Of a DNA stretch of 64,000 nucleotides, positions 37,666 to 50,933 are shown one piece after another. The position numbers and the translations under genes are program-made. How positions within the stretch are numbered: the first letter of the stretch is position 1; each line of letters opens with the position of its first letter. This DNA is from Podarcis cretensis (Eukaryota). The stretch is taken from assembly GCA_951804945.1 (NCBI GenBank), contig OX638164.1, positions 22,878,001 to 22,942,000 on the forward strand. Reading direction: 5' to 3'. The notes below the pieces were generated by a model. It was given only the letters and a program-made list of their open reading frames with translations, had not been told where the DNA came from and searched no databases.

Positions 37666-40149
37666 ACTGGCCAGAACATTCATGGTACATGATAATTTAG
37701 GTAAGAATTTACTGGGCATGCTCTGATAAGAATGCAAGCAGTATGACTGCCCCAAAACATCTGCAGGTGCAAGCAGTACACAGGATGGCGTATAACTGTG
37801 TCAATACCATGAGCACAGGCCATGAGGAATGCGTAATAAAAAGGACATGGGTGGGGGGTGGTAAGTGGTAGCTCCTTAAGCGAGTCAAATGGGGAACAGT
37901 CATGATCTAGGGAAGATAGATCAGGGTCAGAGGGAGACAGAATGTCTCTAAGAATGGGGTGAGTGGCTGGGACTGAGATATAAGGCAGCGATCCTAGTTT
38001 AGAAGGACCAAAAAGCAAGTGTGCAGTGAAGCCAGACAGGGGTCACAACCCAAGACTGGGAAAGGAATTTTTGCAGACAGTTTCCTTTGGCCTGTTTCCA
38101 TTTGAGAAGTAGGTTTTTATTTTTAAGTGCTTACATAAATAGATAGATTGCTGTTTCTTTGTCATCCCTTGAGAATGAATATCTTCTCTAGAAGCTAGGG
38201 CCCAGATATACATCCCCACCAAATGAACGTATGTGCTACCAGTTGCATGTCAAAAAAATATTTCCCTGACAGGTCTCAGCTCTGGCTCATCTGACATCCA
38301 CTGTTTCCCACTGCTTGTGATGGGTGAGTTTCGTTGGCGGCAGTAATGGTTTCATTAACTTGATCTATGATTCATTCCCTTCTACACTCTGCTTTCCCCA
38401 CATGGAAGATGGCCATGCATTCTGAGTGACCCCTGGCTGGATCGATGGGTGGCCTTTTGGGAGCCTCTTGCAAAATGTTGCCACAGAAAGTCTGCTCTTG
38501 AATCACCATCCCCCAGGCTCGGCTTCAAAAGGAGGTTTGGGTGGCCAGAAATTACTTGCAAAGACTAGGATCTGTTAGTTGGATCATCAATGGATGGGGG
38601 GGGGGGGAGAGAAAGCTGCGGGGGGTTGAGAGTGTTGTTCAGAGCTGTTTCACATGTTTCAGAGATGGGTGGACCAGGCACTTCAAAGCAAACCGAACAT
38701 AGGAAGCTGCCTTATCGTGGGTTGTATCCAATGTGATGCTAAGTTAATGTTACTTTGTGGTATACTTGTTGCACCGGTGGAAGGGGAAAGACAAGCACAT
38801 TCCTGAAGACTGGTGTGCAGCAGATTGCACAAGAATCAGCTGTTGCCCAACAAGAATCAGCTGTTGTTCCATAAACTTTAGTTAGCACAACTCTTGCATT
38901 CGATTCCTTTGTTGCGCAACCGTTCAGCTCTGCCAGAGTTTAAACAGAGAGCCTTGCTTGAACTATACCACTGGCCTATCTAGGGCAATATTACATGCAC
39001 CTCTGAAGTTTGGCCCTCCATATGTCAGGCGCCATCTCCCAGCAACCAGCATGGCCAATGGTCAACGATGAGGGGCGGTGCCACCCATCAACATCTGAAA
39101 AAGTTCGCCAGTCTTGGTCCATGCCACCTGGTAGTGCCAGTGCTGGACTAAATGGCGCCACAGGTAAGGAGCATCTTTGGTGCCTTTGTTCACGTATTGG
39201 ATACCTTTTTTTAAAGACATCTGTAGCTCATTTTGACTCAGATGCATGCCTTGCATGCAAAATTTGCCCCTGTCGCATAAGATCATAAATGTGCACACAT
39301 GCTGTCTGATAAGAACCACTCAGTGTCACTCTCTCTCACACACACACCATCTGTTGGTCACTGATGTCATGAATTTTCTTGTGAAAGCTTCCTGTCTAAA
39401 TACATAAATGCATAAATGCATATGCAGAGAAAGGTGGCCCCTTACAATTGAAGCTGAGCCTTTTGTACTGTTTCGTTTCAGCCGTTCAACGTGATGCAAA
39501 GTAGGCAAGTGGGACCTGCCACAAAAAGTTGAACTCAATTTTCACCTCCTAACAGACACGTCGGCTTCCTGGAGACTCCATTCCATTCTTCTCTTTGAAG
39601 ATTTCTCTCTCTCTCTCTCTATCTCTCTGTTTTACACAAATGCACATACTTCAACTGTCCATGCCTCGTTAGCATGTTCAGTCCTCTTTGGGCTGCTTAT
39701 CCTTTTTGGATGGGGGATAAATTTAGGGTGAGATTTTCAGGATTTGTCCCTAGTTCACGTGAATGGAAATTTGGATGGATGGATCTGTGGAGCTGGCTGG
39801 AATCTCATCACCGTCTGCATTTCAACACATCTATCTCTGAACCCTGTTGAGCAGTTTGGTTTCTTCTGATGCCACTGAGGATTCTGCCATCCATTCTGGA
39901 TTTTGGTTCACTAGTTCTTAAGTGTGACTACTTGCTCATCACTACAGGTGAAGCTTCAAGGATTGAATGTAGTGTCAGGAACCTACAGATTCATGTGCAG
40001 CTGCCCCCATGTGATGAGACACTGAACTGCAGGTGGCAACTCATCTTTATATTCAACATTATTATTATTAAAACTCTCTGGTTTGCTGGTTGGTTGGTTT
40101 TTACAAAAAATAAGTCAAAGCTACTTAACAACAGTAAATAAGTAATGTG

Positions 40150-40503
40150 GGGTGGTGGGTGGCACTGTGGGTTAAACCACAGAGCCTAGCGCTTGCCGAT
40201 CAGAAGGTCAGCAGTTTGAATCCCTGCGACGGGGTGAGCTCCTGTTGCTTGGTCCCTGCTCCTGCCAACCTAGCAGTTCAAAAGCACGTCAAAGTGCAAG
40301 TAGAAAAATAGGTACCACTCTGGCGGGAAGGTAAATGGCGTTTCCATGCGCTGCTCTGGTTTGCCAGAAGCAGCTTAAGTCATGCTGGCCACATGACTCG
40401 GAAGCTGTATGCCGGCTCCCTCGGCCAAAAAAGCGAGATGAGTGCCGCAACCCCAGAGTCGTCCGTGACTGGACCTAATGGTCAGGGGACCCTTTACCTT
40501 TTT
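40150..40503 (+). mobile_element. Sauria SINE
   Basis: Same body as 49-397 and 20659-21010; ccctttaccttt tail. Confidence 0.9.
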
Positions 40504-42149
40504 ATTCTAGATATTGTGCTTTACAGCTTCCATTAGTCTTGACCAGAATGGTTGATAGCCAGAGATGATGGGAGTTGAAGTCTAAATATCTGGAGAGTAG
40601 CACATTGGCCACACCTGCTGTCATTATTTAAAATATTTTTTCTGCTTTAGACATTACTGTGTTAGTTTGTATCCTGCCCTTCCTCTAAGTACCTCAGGGC
40701 AATGTATCTTCACAACAACCCTGCGAGGTCAGTGGGTCAGGGGATAAAGGTTTGCCCAACTCCCGCCCCCAACCCCCCATGAGCCTAATTGCTGAGCAAC
40801 GCTGAACAGTAAATTTATTATAAAATGTTGTCTTTATATCTAATTAGGATGGGCCAAAGCTGCTGTTGTGAATGTTATAGAATTGACCAGATTCCAATTT
40901 ATTGCTTCTTAAACACCCTGTTTCCTGCCTGTCTACCCAACTCCATCTTGCTTGCAATAACAAGATTTTAAAAATCGTATTTACGTGTGGGACAGGACCA
41001 AAAAGGCAGCATTGTAGAATTGCAAATGGAAGTGTTTCCTTTAAAAAAAGGTGCTTGTGTGTGCCCAGATTTTTAAGTGAGCGTGGATGCTTTTTACACG
41101 TGCTAACAACATCACTCCCGGCGTAAAAATTTCCCGACCCTTTCAAGGAAATTAGTTACATTAAATAGATGATGTCAAAGCCGGGTCTGCAGCCTTGTTT
41201 ACAAAATGTACGTGCATGGCTGATGATGCCCCTTGCCCCCCAGTTCCCCGGCATGGTTTTGCATTACCGTTTCCAAAGCCCTTCCAGCGACTAGAGTGCC
41301 TAATAACAAAACAGTGGTGGATATTTATTACGCTTCCAGGTTTCTCATTTTCTCCATTTCAAAACAAAACAAAACATAACGTCCTGGAGAGTCTGCATTG
41401 CAGCAAGATGGTGATTTGCTGCCTAGGAGACTGTCTTAAGGACCGACAACCATTTATTTGCTGTGCCCTGCCAGCGACCTTGTGTCTTTATGGGCACCGC
41501 CTCTTTGTTAGACTCCCAGCGTCCTCCCCGCACGCGAATGAACTTGGATGGCTGTTTGCAGATTAACTCAGGATCAATAGTGGGGTCAAAGGGCGAGCAA
41601 GAATAAATAATCAATCTGGAGGGAATAAATTAAGGCCTTTCTCGGGTTATTCATGGACGGCCTTCATCTCTCCCAAGTACTCCTTAGGCCAATTAATCTC
41701 CTTCATTTAATTTACGCCTCCCAGCATCTAATAGCAACGAAGGTCGTTTCTTTTGAACCAGCCTGAAAATCGCCAGGTTTTTGCTGCTACTCACAAGCCA
41801 GTGGGCAATTTGGTACAGCCGCTTACAGCTCTACTTCTCTAGGGGCGAACAGGTATAATTCATCCTATCCTGTGCATGCAGAGATGTGTGAGCAGATGGT
41901 GACCTATAAAGCAAGGATAATGTGGGGTCCTACAGGTGGTGTTGGACTACAAATCCCATCATTCCTGATTGTCGCCCCTGCTGACTCCGGCTTGTGGGAG
42001 TTGTAGTCCCAAACATCCCCTTCCATAAGGCATTCCGGAGCCCTTCCAGCCAACCTGCAGCCAGGCGTACTACTACATCATCTGTTCATTTGTATGCCGC
42101 TCCTCCACAAAATTGTACCTGAAGTAAGTGGCGAAGCTGCATGCTCCGG

Positions 42150-42290
42150 AACTGGGGGTGGAGAGCAGGTGGTGGCGTGGGTGGCGTGCATCCTGGGGGC
42201 ATGGTGTGCCGTCCTGTGGGGCGTGGCGTGTGTCCTGGGGGCATGGCATGTCACCCGCGGGGGCATGGCGTGAGTCCCGGGGGCGTGGCA
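42150..42290. repeat. GC-rich degenerate tandem repeat (about 21-bp unit ggggcatggcgtgtgtcct)
   Basis: About six diverged units visible. Confidence 0.7.
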
Positions 42291-42309
42291 GGCCACCCGC
42301 ACCTCCTGC

Positions 42310-43198
42310 TCTGGAGGGTAGGACTCGAACCAATGGCTTCAGGTTACAAGAAAGGAGATTCCAACTAAACATACGGGGGGGGGGGAGAGAGACTGTCTGA
42401 CAGTAAGAGCTGTTCGGCCGTGGAACGGTCTCCCTCTGGAGGTGGTGGACTTTCCGGGAGCCAGTGTGGTGTAGTGGTTAAGAGTGGTAGTCTCGTAATC
42501 TGGTGAACCGGGTTCGCATCTCCACTCCTCCACATGCAGCTGCTGGGTGACCTCGGGCCAGTCACACTTCTTTGAAGTCTCTCAGACTCACTCACCTCAC
42601 AGAGTGTTTGTATTGTAAATACCTCGCACTTTCTTCCTTTGCGTTAATGCTGCGTTGAATTGTATGGCTTTAAGTCTGCTTTGAGCCGCTTTTTGAGCTG
42701 ACTTGCCAGAACTTGTGTGGTGTAGTGGTTAAGAGCGGTGGACTCATAATCTGGTGAACTGGGTTTGATTCCGCGCTGGGAGCCAGTGTGGTGTAGTGGT
42801 TAAGAGTGATAGACTCGCAATCTGGGGAACCGGGTTCGCATCTCCGCTCCTCCACATGCAGCTGCTGGGTGACCTTGGACTAGTCACACTTCTTTGAAGT
42901 CTCTCAGACTCACTCACCTCACAGAGTGTTTGTTGTGGGAGAGGAAGGGAAAGGAGATTGTTAGCCGCTTTGAGACTCCTTCGGGTAGTGATAAAGCGGG
43001 ATATCAAATCCAAACTCCTCCTCCTCCTCCTCCTCCTCCTCCTCCTCCTCCTCCTCCTCTTCTTCTTCTTCTGCCTTGGAGGTTTTCAAGTAAAGGTTGG
43101 ATGGCCATCTGTCATGGATGCTTTAGCTGAGATTCCAGCACTGCAGGGGGTTGGACTAGATGAACCTTGGGTCCCTTCCAGCTCTAAGATTCTATGAT
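42310..43198 (+). mobile_element. CR1 3' end split by a cluster of Squam3-like SINE copies (42456-42610, 42715-42776, 42778-43070)
   Basis: CR1 sequence ggtaggactcgaaccaatggcttcaggttacaagaaaggagattcc...ggtggtggactttcc resumes as ccttggaggttttcaag...attctatgatt after the (CCT)n(CTT)n tail. Confidence 0.8.
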
Positions 43199-44856
43199 TT
43201 TTAAACCACTCTGGGAACTGTAGCTTTGGGAAGGGAAAAGGAAACCTTCTAAAAACCCTCAGTAACCTTAACAAAACTACAAGTCCCAGAATTTTGCAGG
43301 GGAAGCAATGATGTTTAAAGTGGTATTATAGTGCCTTCAGTGTGTGGTGTGGGTGTGGTCTGAATGTACCTCACAGCTCTCCCCCCACCATCATTGCTGG
43401 AGTTACACCCCATTTCCCAGTAGGTAAGGCAACTGAAGGAAACAGCAGAGAGTGGGTTTGGCCCTACATGTCTAATTTTAGCTTGTTTAGCACTTGAGAG
43501 AGGATTAGCTAGGCTGTGATTAGCTGAGCTTATTTTCCTCTGCATTACATGTGAATTGTTCGTGCTTTTATAGCCTTTAAGGAAAATCTTAGAATGACTT
43601 GGGGGATGGCAGGTATTAAGCATCAAAGGGTAATCCAACCACATTTATAATTTCTCTGAACATCTCTGAAGGGGAATAAATATGATTTCTGGATACCTTA
43701 TCATTTCTTCATAGGTAATTTGGCCACACCAAATATAAAATATTAATTATCCACATTTTCTCTTCTTCTGCCACAGGTTTTAATGATATGCACCCTGTCG
43801 TAGATCTCTGCTTTGCCTATGAAATGCAATTACCGCTCCCCCCTGCTTTCAAAGTGAAGGCAGATGTTATATGAAAATTTACAGCTGCAATCAGCACTCG
43901 ACAGGTTATGAACCTAAATCAAAGCAGCAGCAATAGTTGGGAGGGGGGCCGCAGGATCCTGTATCTGGTGTCTGGCCTGGGCTATTGGTTGCAGTTTAGG
44001 AACCAGAAGCCCCAGTACAAGCTGGTGGCTAGGATCAAAGGACAAACAAGGAGGCAGAGTCCAGTTGCTGTCAGCTCCCCCTCAAGTCAGATTTCCCTTT
44101 CTTTGATGGAGGGGCCACCCTCAGAAGCATTTCTGTCTGATGAGCCTATGGGGTCAGCATCCCTCTGGCCTGATGGTGTGGCATTGCTGTCCTTGGACTC
44201 CATCTGCCTGTAGAACATCCCCTGCTCAGTTCTAATAGGAAATGACCGGAGCAGGTTGGGTGTCTTTTACTGAAGAATCACCTTCCAGTGCAGGTGGAGC
44301 TAGAAGCTTGGATGCTGCTGTCACTGTAGGGCTCAGACTTAGCTTGTTTGTGGCCGAAGCAACAGCAGAGGTCTCTGTGGCCGGAGTAATAGTGAGCCCA
44401 AACCAATGAACCACCAGGGATACAGTAACACGGCAGAGACCAAGAAGACCTTGTTGCTTAAGAAAGACTGGAGGAGGAAGCCCTCTTCTATTCATCCCTG
44501 TCTAGGAAATTCTGGTGAGCAGAGTCATTTCAGGGCTGAAAGGTACTGAGCAGAACCCTTTGGCTCAGACCCGCCCTTCCAACACCTTGAGGACTACCTC
44601 CCCACATTTGGACTGACCTGGACACTGTGATCATCATCTGAGGCTCTTATCCATGTGTCTCCACCATGGGAGATCTAGAGGATGGCAACATAAGAGTGGA
44701 CCTTTTCTGTGGTAGCTTCCTGTTTGTGGGCTACTGGCCCCAGGGATGCCCTGCCTGACCCCCATATTACTTATCTTTAGGTGCTAGGCAAAAGCATTTC
44801 TTTTCTGCAAGACCTTTGTCTTCTCATTATCCTTGGCCTACTTCAGTGGATGGGCT

Positions 44857-45281
44857 NNNNNNNNNNNNNNNNNNNNNNNNNNNNNNNNNNNNNNNNNNNN
44901 NNNNNNNNNNNNNNNNNNNNNNNNNNNNNNNNNNNNNNNNNNNNNNNNNNNNNNNNNNNNNNNNNNNNNNNNNNNNNNNNNNNNNNNNNNNNNNNNNNNN
45001 NNNNNNNNNNNNNNNNNNNNNNNNNNNNNNNNNNNNNNNNNNNNNNNNNNNNNNNNNNNNNNNNNNNNNNNNNNNNNNNNNNNNNNNNNNNNNNNNNNNN
45101 NNNNNNNNNNNNNNNNNNNNNNNNNNNNNNNNNNNNNNNNNNNNNNNNNNNNNNNNNNNNNNNNNNNNNNNNNNNNNNNNNNNNNNNNNNNNNNNNNNNN
45201 NNNNNNNNNNNNNNNNNNNNNNNNNNNNNNNNNNNNNNNNNNNNNNNNNNNNNNNNNNNNNNNNNNNNNNNNNNNNNNNNN
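44857..45281. other. Assembly gap (425 N)
   Basis: Run of N. Confidence 1.
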
Positions 45282-45325
45282 TATATGGAATACTTATTTA
45301 CTGTTGTTAATGTTATATGCTGATA

Positions 45326-45326
<1 letters not shown>

Positions 45327-45372
<46 letters not shown>

Positions 45373-45433
45373 CACGCCTCTGATTGGCAAGTCCTAGGCT
45401 CTGTGGTTTAACCCACAGCGCCACCCGCGTCCC
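45327..45433 (-). repeat. (AT)n microsatellite followed by only the 5' head of a Sauria SINE
   Basis: (AT)n to 45370, then tctgattggcaagtcctaggctctgtggtttaacccacagcgccacccgcgtccc. Confidence 0.8.
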
Positions 45434-46016
45434 AATATCTAGAGGATTCTGTGTTAAAAGGGGTTTCTGTGAGGCCAAAACATTTGTCACAGGGAGACTG
45501 CTTAATGTATCTCTGTATGATTGCTTGCTCTCTGTTCTCATCAGCTTTGACTGTGTGGGGTTCAGTAGCGTTTGCACATGCTCACATTGGGTTTGAGAGG
45601 ATCAGTAGCTACAGGTACAAAACATAACTAGCTGTGCTTAGGAGCAGCAAACCCAGTGTAACTCACAAAGAGGAGCAGCAAACCCAGTGTAACTCACAAA
45701 GAGACACATAAGGTGCACTCTTCTGACATAAGTCAGTCTTTGTTGTGCATAGCCAAGGGCCTTACAATATCTAAAATGTAGACATACCTACCCGGTACAC
45801 AAATTAAAAGAAAACTCAATATGGAAAATTACAGAACAATCACTAATAGCTATGTATTCTACCCTCCAAGGGCAACAAAACGTTGAATTAAGATTTAGAA
45901 TGCATTGCAATTCTTAATATAACTAGAGCGCAGCTTCTTAGCTGCCAGTGAAAATTTAGCTGCCAAATATGTAATGTGCAATGGTTTATCAGATAGAAGT
46001 TCAATTAGCACTTCCT

Positions 46017-47200
46017 TTTTTTTTTTATAAAATTGTTATTACATTTTCAATTTACAAAAAAAGAACAAACAAAAAAGAAGAAAAGGAAAAACAATCCAAC
46101 TTTCAAAATGCATTTTTACGTTGCTAACTGGACTTCCCCACATCTCCCTCACCCTGCATTCTTTACAATAAACATATCAGCAAATTATTACCTTGTTTCG
46201 TATCTTATTTATATCTTTCAAATTATTTTACTTCTAAATTTAAAGTACTTTTTGTCAATTATTTATACCTTAAAGTAATACATAAATTAACTTTAAATTT
46301 CAACTTTTTCTTACTTATAACTTAATCTTCTATTTTCCCAATCTAGTTGCAGGAGCTAGAGTTTCCAAATCGTGCAGATTCTTAACATTCATACAACTTA
46401 TAATGTTTTTGTAAATAGTCCTTAAATTTTTTCCAGTCCTCTTCCGTTGTTTCTTCTCCCAAATCTCGGATTCTGCCCGTCATTTCGGCCAGTTCCATAT
46501 AGTCCATCAACTGCGTCTGCCACTCTTCCAGCGTGGGAAGGTCTTGTATCTTCCAATATTTTGCAATGAGTATTCTTGCTGCTGTGGTTGCATACATAAA
46601 AAGAGTTCTATCCTTCTTTAACACCTTTTGGTCCACAATGCCCAGGAGGAAGGCCTCTGGTTTCTTAGGAAAGGTGTACCTAAACACCTTTTTTAACTCA
46701 TTATAGATCATTTCCCAGAAGGCCTTCACTTTTGGACAAGTCCACCAAAGGTGAAAGAATGTCCCTTCAGCCTCCTTACATTTCCAACATTTATTATCAG
46801 ACCGATGATATATTTTTGCAAGTTTGACTGGGGTCATGTACCACCTATATATCATTTTCATAATATTTTCCTTCAAGGCATTACATGCCGTGAATTTCAT
46901 TCCAGTGGTCCATAACCTTTCCCAGTCTTCTAACATAATGTTGTACCCAATATCCTGAGCCCATTTTATCATGGCTGATTTGACTATCTCATCCTGGGTG
47001 TTCCATTTAAGCAGCAAGTTATACATTCTCGAAAGTACCTTGGTCTTAGGTTCTAACAGTTCTGTCTCTAATTTCGATTTTTCCACCTGGAATCCTATTT
47101 TTTTGTCCGACTTAAAAACCTCTTGAATTTGAGCATAATGAAACCAGTCTTGCACCCTATTCTTTAATTTTTCAAAGCTCTGCAGCCTCCAGTTGTCTCC
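46017..47200 (-). mobile_element. L1-clade LINE, 5'-truncated, young; open ORF2 C-terminus (47200-46382)
   Basis: CWKC-x7-HLWWTC zinc-knuckle motif; poly(A) tail; perfect 16-bp TSD tcaattagcacttcct (46001-46016 / 47201-47216); frame stays open up to the truncation point. Confidence 0.93.
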
Positions 47201-47414
47201 TCAATTAGCACTTCCTGAGGTGATTGGTCCGACTACAACTGAAGAGAACAGAGGGCAATGTTTTTCCACTGGGCTCCAAATGGAAAGAACAGCAAATAGT
47301 GCATAGTATCGCCAATCTGATTACAATCAAATATACAATTCCATTCTGTGACCGAGATTCCAAGATGTCTCCCATCTATATATGCTGAGAGCCTGTCCTG
47401 GAACCTAAGTAATA

Positions 47415-47677
47415 TACCGTATTTTTCGCTCTATAAGACGCACCAGACCACAAGACGCACCTAGTTTTTGGAGGAGGAAAACAAGAAAAAAAATATTCTG
47501 AATCTCAGAAGCCAGAACAGCAAGAGGGATCGCTGCCCAGTGAAAGCAGCAATCCCTCTTGCTGTTCTGGCTTCTGTGATAGCTGTGCAGCCTGCATTCG
47601 CTCGATAAGACGCACACACATTTCCCCTTTCTTTTTAGGAGGAAAAAAGCGAGTCTTATAGAGCAAAAAATACGGTA
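47415..47677. mobile_element. Tc2-like MITE with internal hairpin
   Basis: TA-ccgtatttttcgctctataagac ... gtcttatagagcaaaaaatacgg-TA. Confidence 0.85.
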
Positions 47678-50600
47678 AAAGCCCTGTCTGAATGTGATGG
47701 CGCTTTGAATGATTTATCTTGATTTGGGGGTACCAGATGAAAAGCAAGCAACAACTATTTCAAGGTCAAGCGATTCTCTGGCTGAGGTTCCTTTTAAACA
47801 TGACAGCAGCTGCTGTTTTATGAGTTTATTTCCATGTTTGGCAGGAGTGTCCAAGGACTCCTGCTCCCATCAGCACTAGCCAGCATGGCCAATGTACAAG
47901 AATGATGGGAGCTGTGGTCCATCATCACCTGAAAGGCAAGGGTCTCCTATCACCGCTTTAGTGGCTCATAATATGTATGGAGGCAACCGCACACATCTTT
48001 AACATCAAATCATCCCAACCCTGTGGCTGCAGTGTTTGCACATTGAGTGAGCCCCAATCTCTGAACAGTGAAAAGCTCCAGCACTCTCCCAGCATTTAGT
48101 TTCCTTGGAACGAAGGTCAGTTGAGACTGTGGTATCTTTAGGACATGTTGTTTTACTAGCAGGGAGTGCCTGGTGGTTGCTGCTCGGGTATTTTGAGATG
48201 TTTAAATGGATAGTGCAATTTGTGAATTTGGACCTGCCATGCCAAAAATTAGGGGGAGTTGCACACAAGTCACAATTTGGTCTGCCACCTTAATTCAAAA
48301 TGGCGTCCGGCATCCAAACTTCAACAATCTTGAGAGCCTTTGTGCCAATTTTGGCAATGATATCTGCTTACCTGTAATTTCGATAAAGGTGGTCGAATTG
48401 GATTGGTGACCCTCATTCTCTCAAGATTTCTAAGTGTGATTTTTGAATATATCTGGTCTAACTTTTGGCAGAGTCAAACAAATAATTAACAGAGATGGTT
48501 GCTAGATTTCTTCTTCTGGCTGTAGAAACACAAAAGGAAATCTCCCCCAATTAAACTCATCCCATCCACTTGCTGTTCTTTCACACTACACTTTTTAATC
48601 TGGTTATATCATCATTTATTGGCTCACTCTTAGCTGCCATATTTTAAGGTATCGTGATGGACGTCATATTTATACATGTTTTAGATACTCCTGTTATTTT
48701 ATACCATTTATATGACAACCCACTTTAATGTATTTTTATGCTTTGATATTTTACTTGTACAGTTGTTGGTTTTAGTTTGTTTGGGTCTATAGCGGTATAA
48801 TAAAGAATTTGTATCTTACTAGATGGGCTATTGGTCTTCTACAACAGGGCTTTCCCTATATTTTTATGACTTGGATTTCCATCTTTTAGTTTGGAGTGTG
48901 TGTGTGTGTGGGGGGGGGTTTAAGGGAAAAAACCCTAAACATGGAGTTCATTAAATGCTTAATATGCATTCCACCCCCCAAAAAAGCTAATGAAGTATCA
49001 GCTTAAGCGCACATTTTATGACCCACCAATAAACATGGGGCAACTGATTAGCCTCTGGCTCACTTGCCTGAAAGATAAATTGAACTACGATTGAAAGAAA
49101 GTTAATACAATTTAACTGCTAATATTGCAAATGTCACTTTAATTCAGTTACGGAGCAATTAGAGTGACCACTTCTGTGCCTGCATTCAAGAGTTATAGCA
49201 ATTACAACCACGTGCAATTAATTTATTTTAAAAAGGCAATTTCAGGAAAGCATCCATTTGACAGTCACACTGAGGAGAGCTACTTTTTCTGACCTCTATG
49301 CAGTATTGCACGTCTTGAGAGGCCATTTGTGCAGCTGCACAGGTGCTTAGATGTGGTATTCTGCACTTATCTTCCCCCATATTTACACAGGTCTGGAGGC
49401 TCTATCAAAGACCACCTATTGCAATCATCCCATGCTAGCAACATGATCTCTTCATTACAAAACTGTTTTTTTAAATAGTAGTCTCCATTTTGGGAACCTG
49501 TTCTGTTCCTGTGGGATAATCAGCCTCATTTAACCAAGATGCTTAAATCTAATTGATGCATGAAAGGATGAAGACCCGAGAGTAAGCTATCCTGCCAGGC
49601 ATAGCTCACCTTGGAAGGCACTAAGTAATCAAACCATTGTTTCTCTTTAGTCTACCTGGTGAACTCAGCATGTGAAGAAGCTAAGCTGGTTGCTTCAGCT
49701 TAGCCGCATGGCTTTCACAAGCCATTCTTGAGTTCCTGTTGCAAGGCATTTGACGGATCCCTCTTCTGCCTTGAAGTTGGGCACTGTGACATCATTGAGC
49801 AACCCCACATTGTACCTTCCGCCTTCTCTAATGGAAAGTTTTAATGAGCAAACAGCCATAGATGGTGGCAGCAGTGGTGCAGTTAGATAAACTTAGATTG
49901 TAATGCATATTACTTCAGAGTATGGTAAACACGAACTCCTTCTTAGATGGATGAATAGGAAGCTATCCCTCACATTCTAGTCCAGTACATTTCGAAGGTA
50001 TGAGACTTTTGAGAAATAATTTATCCCCAATATACTTTCAGGTTCTCCCCCACCCAAGACACAATGAAAACAGAGGAAAATGCTGATGAGCTGGGGATTT
50101 TCACCATGTGCTGAAGAGGCAAGCCATTTGCTGCTTTAAACTTTTCAGCAGCACACACAACTCCAAATTCATAGAAACCTACAGTTGTGGCATTGTCAGC
50201 CCTCCCACCCTGTGCTCTTAAAGTGCTATCAAACTGCAGCTGCTGGAGATAAACACAGAATAAAAAGTGGCGGCCTTTAAACTAGCACAGCAGTCCTAAC
50301 AGGAGGTTTCAAAACATGTTCAACATGCCCCAAACTCTCTCCATTGGAGCGTCCTGTGGATCTTTAACTCAAGCATTTGCTTTCTCAGTCTGCCTTTTAA
50401 AATAATCTGACATGAAGTGGGCTATTATTTTTGTTTTCTTGCTGGTGTCTCTGGCACCTTGAAGGTCTTTCCATCTACTAGATTTATTTTCCAAGAGCAG
50501 GAAGTTCTGACTAGGTTCAAGGGCTCCACCTCGTGGCCAGCCTGCATTATTAGAAGCTGTATGCTTTTTAGGGTCTTGGTCTGCACCCACCATGTTAAAG

Positions 50601-50933
50601 CACTCCCCCCACAAAAAAAGAATCCTTGGAAGTGCAGTTTACCTCTCAAAGAACTACAATTCCCAGCATCCTTGGACAACAGTTCCCAGGATTATTGGGG
50701 GTGAGGAGGAGGTGCTTTAAATGTATGGTGTGGGCACAGCCTTTCTATTTTAGGAAAACCAGACCATAGGATGCAGAGCTCAACCTAAAATGGCCATTCT
50801 ATGTGACAGCTCTCAAAAGTGAGGAGAAGGCAACTAGATCAACTTCAGCAGTCTCACTGGGACAAGCCAAAAGTGGGCTATTCCGTTCTGGAATCGCTGC
50901 GGCTGTTCCATCTTGCAGGCATTTAAAAAGATA

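Noticed and set aside
44781-45577. ORFs of 164-244 aa
   Set aside because: Artefacts of translating through the N gap.
45641-45702. 30-bp direct duplication (similar short duplications at about 4360-4400, 38830-38868 and 52410-52502)
   Set aside because: Simple slippage duplications without spacers; not CRISPR-like and no sign of function.
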